Source of the DNA: a virus
Lineage: Duplodnaviria > Caudoviricetes
Virus record (IMG/VR): IMGVR_UViG_3300037755_000591
Coordinates: 17,365-81,364 of that record
Length of the DNA: 64,000 nt
Reading direction: 5' to 3' (one strand)
The translations under genes were made by a program, and so were the position numbers. The first letter of the stretch is position 1. Each line of letters opens with the position of its first letter. Below, in pieces: positions 62,298 to 64,000 of this stretch. Under the pieces are notes generated by a model that saw nothing but the letters and a program-made list of their open reading frames with translations, was not told the origin of the DNA and did not search any database.

Positions 62298-63017
62298 TTA
62301 ACTTTTGTCCCATCGCTGATGGATACCAAAGGGCAAGAAGGATTTTTCAGCCTTTTTATTTTCTTCGTATTCAATCCGTCTTTGAATTTGTAATCTAGTC
62401 CACTCCCTTATAATCCACTCCTTTACTGAAGCGCCAGATGGCAACTTATCTGTGATTAGCTTTCCGTGACTCAACACAAACGGGTGTGCCTCGTCAGTTA
62501 TATTAAATTGTGGAACCGCAAAACGAAGTGAGCCGTCTGGTAATCGGGTAGGGAAGATTCCGCTTGGCATATGAAGCCAACAAAAGTTCACTTCATCACG
62601 TTTGATGTAACAATCCGCCCCATTTTCATCTTTATGAGGGTCGAAGTAATTTTTAAACAAAGATGATACATCTCGTCCTTCATGGGAAACTATCGTGCCA
62701 GCTTCGCTTTCAAAAACAAACCAGCGTAATGCCTCAAGCTCCGAATAGAGAGTATCCTTCCATGCTCTCCGTGCAAAGCCGAAAAATTCACCAATATGCA
62801 AGCCCGATTCAACAAAAAAATAAACGCTATTATTGTCAAAAGACAAGCCAGAATGTTCTAATATTCCCGCCCCAAACTTTTCACGATCTAACATATTAAC
62901 CGCAATACCAAAATCAAAATTGTATCCGGGATAGTTTTGTTGCAAGTTGCCACTAGCATGTTTAATCCACTCTCGAATTGTATCCCAGTACGGAATCTTC
63001 AAATCATTGATGTTCAT
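62298..63017 (-). CDS. hypothetical protein
   Basis: 239-aa ORF abutting neighbours. Confidence 0.7.
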   Translation of the reverse strand: MNINDLKIPYWDTIREWIKHASGNLQQNYPGYNFDFGIAVNMLDREKFGAGILEHSGLSFDNNSVYFFVESGLHIGEFFGFARRAWKDTLYSELEALRWFVFESEAGTIVSHEGRDVSSLFKNYFDPHKDENGADCYIKRDEVNFCWLHMPSGIFPTRLPDGSLRFAVPQFNITDEAHPFVLSHGKLITDKLPSGASVKEWIIREWTRLQIQRRIEYEENKKAEKSFLPFGIHQRWDKS

Positions 63018-63515
63018 TTAACCTTTGACCTCTTCATTGGTAAGACGGCTATACCAGCGCCATTTACCATTTCGGATAGCTACATACGTGGTTTCCTTGC
63101 CAAGATACCTTTTCAACGTGTAAATTAAAGCATCTGTGACACTTTTTATATTCTGAGCATGTCTATCCACATCATCTTGAGCAAGGAGCGTACTGCCATT
63201 ATTCAATGCAAATCTGCACATATCATAAAAGTATTCCTCTTCTATCAAAATATCTAAAATGCGCTCTAATTCTACTTTATTACCCAATAATTGGTCCGCA
63301 GAAAGTGTTGGGCCGCAAATATCGTTAAGATCATAGAGTGCATCATCCATCATGATCCGAGTATCACCGCCGTCTAAAATGTAGGCATCATATAATTCAT
63401 GATCTTCGCGGGTGAACTCGCTTTCAACGAAGCCGTCGCCGGTGCAATTAACACAAAACTCGTCTGTGTCAAACCAGCCGTCGCCGTCGCAATCAGGACA
63501 TGTTACTTTAATCAT
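63018..63515 (-). CDS. protein with DnaJ-type CxxCxGxG zinc finger
   Basis: Likely start MIKVT; CPDCDGDG and CVNCTGDG. Confidence 0.65.
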   Translation of the reverse strand: MIKVTCPDCDGDGWFDTDEFCVNCTGDGFVESEFTREDHELYDAYILDGGDTRIMMDDALYDLNDICGPTLSADQLLGNKVELERILDILIEEEYFYDMCRFALNNGSTLLAQDDVDRHAQNIKSVTDALIYTLKRYLGKETTYVAIRNGKWRWYSRLTNEEVKG

Positions 63516-64000
63516 GTTATAGCTCTTCCGACAAGTTGATCGGTTGATTGTGGGGAATATCCACTTGTGCTTTTCTCCAAGGTCTATGCCAATAGTATCC
63601 CATAACATAAAACGCAAAACAATATTTCTAAGATATTTCTGGAACAAAAATTCCCATAAGGGCTGAATTTTGGCTCTATGCCTATCTCCAACGATCAGCG
63701 GCTTCGCCGACATCCCCACAAATCGACGGGTAGGACATACGTTCTGTTTCCATATGTAATATAATATATTATTACTCGTGATAATGAGTGTTATCACCAT
63801 GTAATGCAATCTAGCTATTCATAGTTACTGTCTTTTATTCGATTTGTAGTCATAGTCGTATATGTGAATGTATTCACATATAGAACATGCATTCCATATA
63901 ACCTCGCTGGCAACATATCAGCACATATGTTCAGGTTATTAAGGATTATCGGGAGATATTCGCCATAAATGGCTATTTAAAGCCAATTTGAGTGTGTAAT

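Noticed and set aside
63516-63809. N-terminal extension of ORF 63018-63809
   Set aside because: The first 98 codons look non-coding; the zinc-finger protein more plausibly starts at 63515.
1-64000. CRISPR array
   Set aside because: No run of identical repeats with unique spacers; the only periodic repeats are the origin iterons and coding repeats.
1-64000. Stop-codon reassignment
   Set aside because: Core genes translate full length with the standard code, and TAA, TAG and TGA all end genes cleanly.
1-64000. Integrase, att sites, protelomerase site or terminal repeats
   Set aside because: No recombinase motif, no long palindrome and no match between the window ends; they may lie outside the window.

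Overview
The window is most or all of a tailed dsDNA phage genome with siphovirus-type morphogenesis: PBSX-type TerL, portal fused to a MuF-like domain, HK97-type prohead protease, capsid, tail tube, chaperones, a 2782-aa tape measure protein, Dit/hub and three tail-collar paralogues. It also carries a lambda-like replication module (initiator with internal iterons, DnaB, SSB), a ParM/ParR partition cassette and an ERF recombinase-PolX pair. An RNA ligase, a phosphoesterase and two atypical tRNAs lie together. A TnpB-only IS200/IS605 element has ends that can be read to the base. No integrase is visible, so a plasmid-like prophage is the simplest reading (inference). The host cannot be read from the sequence; Chloroflexota is only a guess. 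The most striking unexplained signals are non-coding. First, a ~500-nt nested, multi-helix RNA with its own near-consensus sigma70 promoter (19304-19805). Second, a promoter-terminator unit for a ~50-nt antisense RNA over the leader of the replication initiator. Third, an anticodon-less tRNA-like element heading a structured region before parM. Also notable are Cys-rich virion proteins co-encoded with a CxxC membrane protein, a LysM domain inside the tape measure protein, and several candidate frameshift sites. Family assignments come from recognising motifs by eye; no database search was run.
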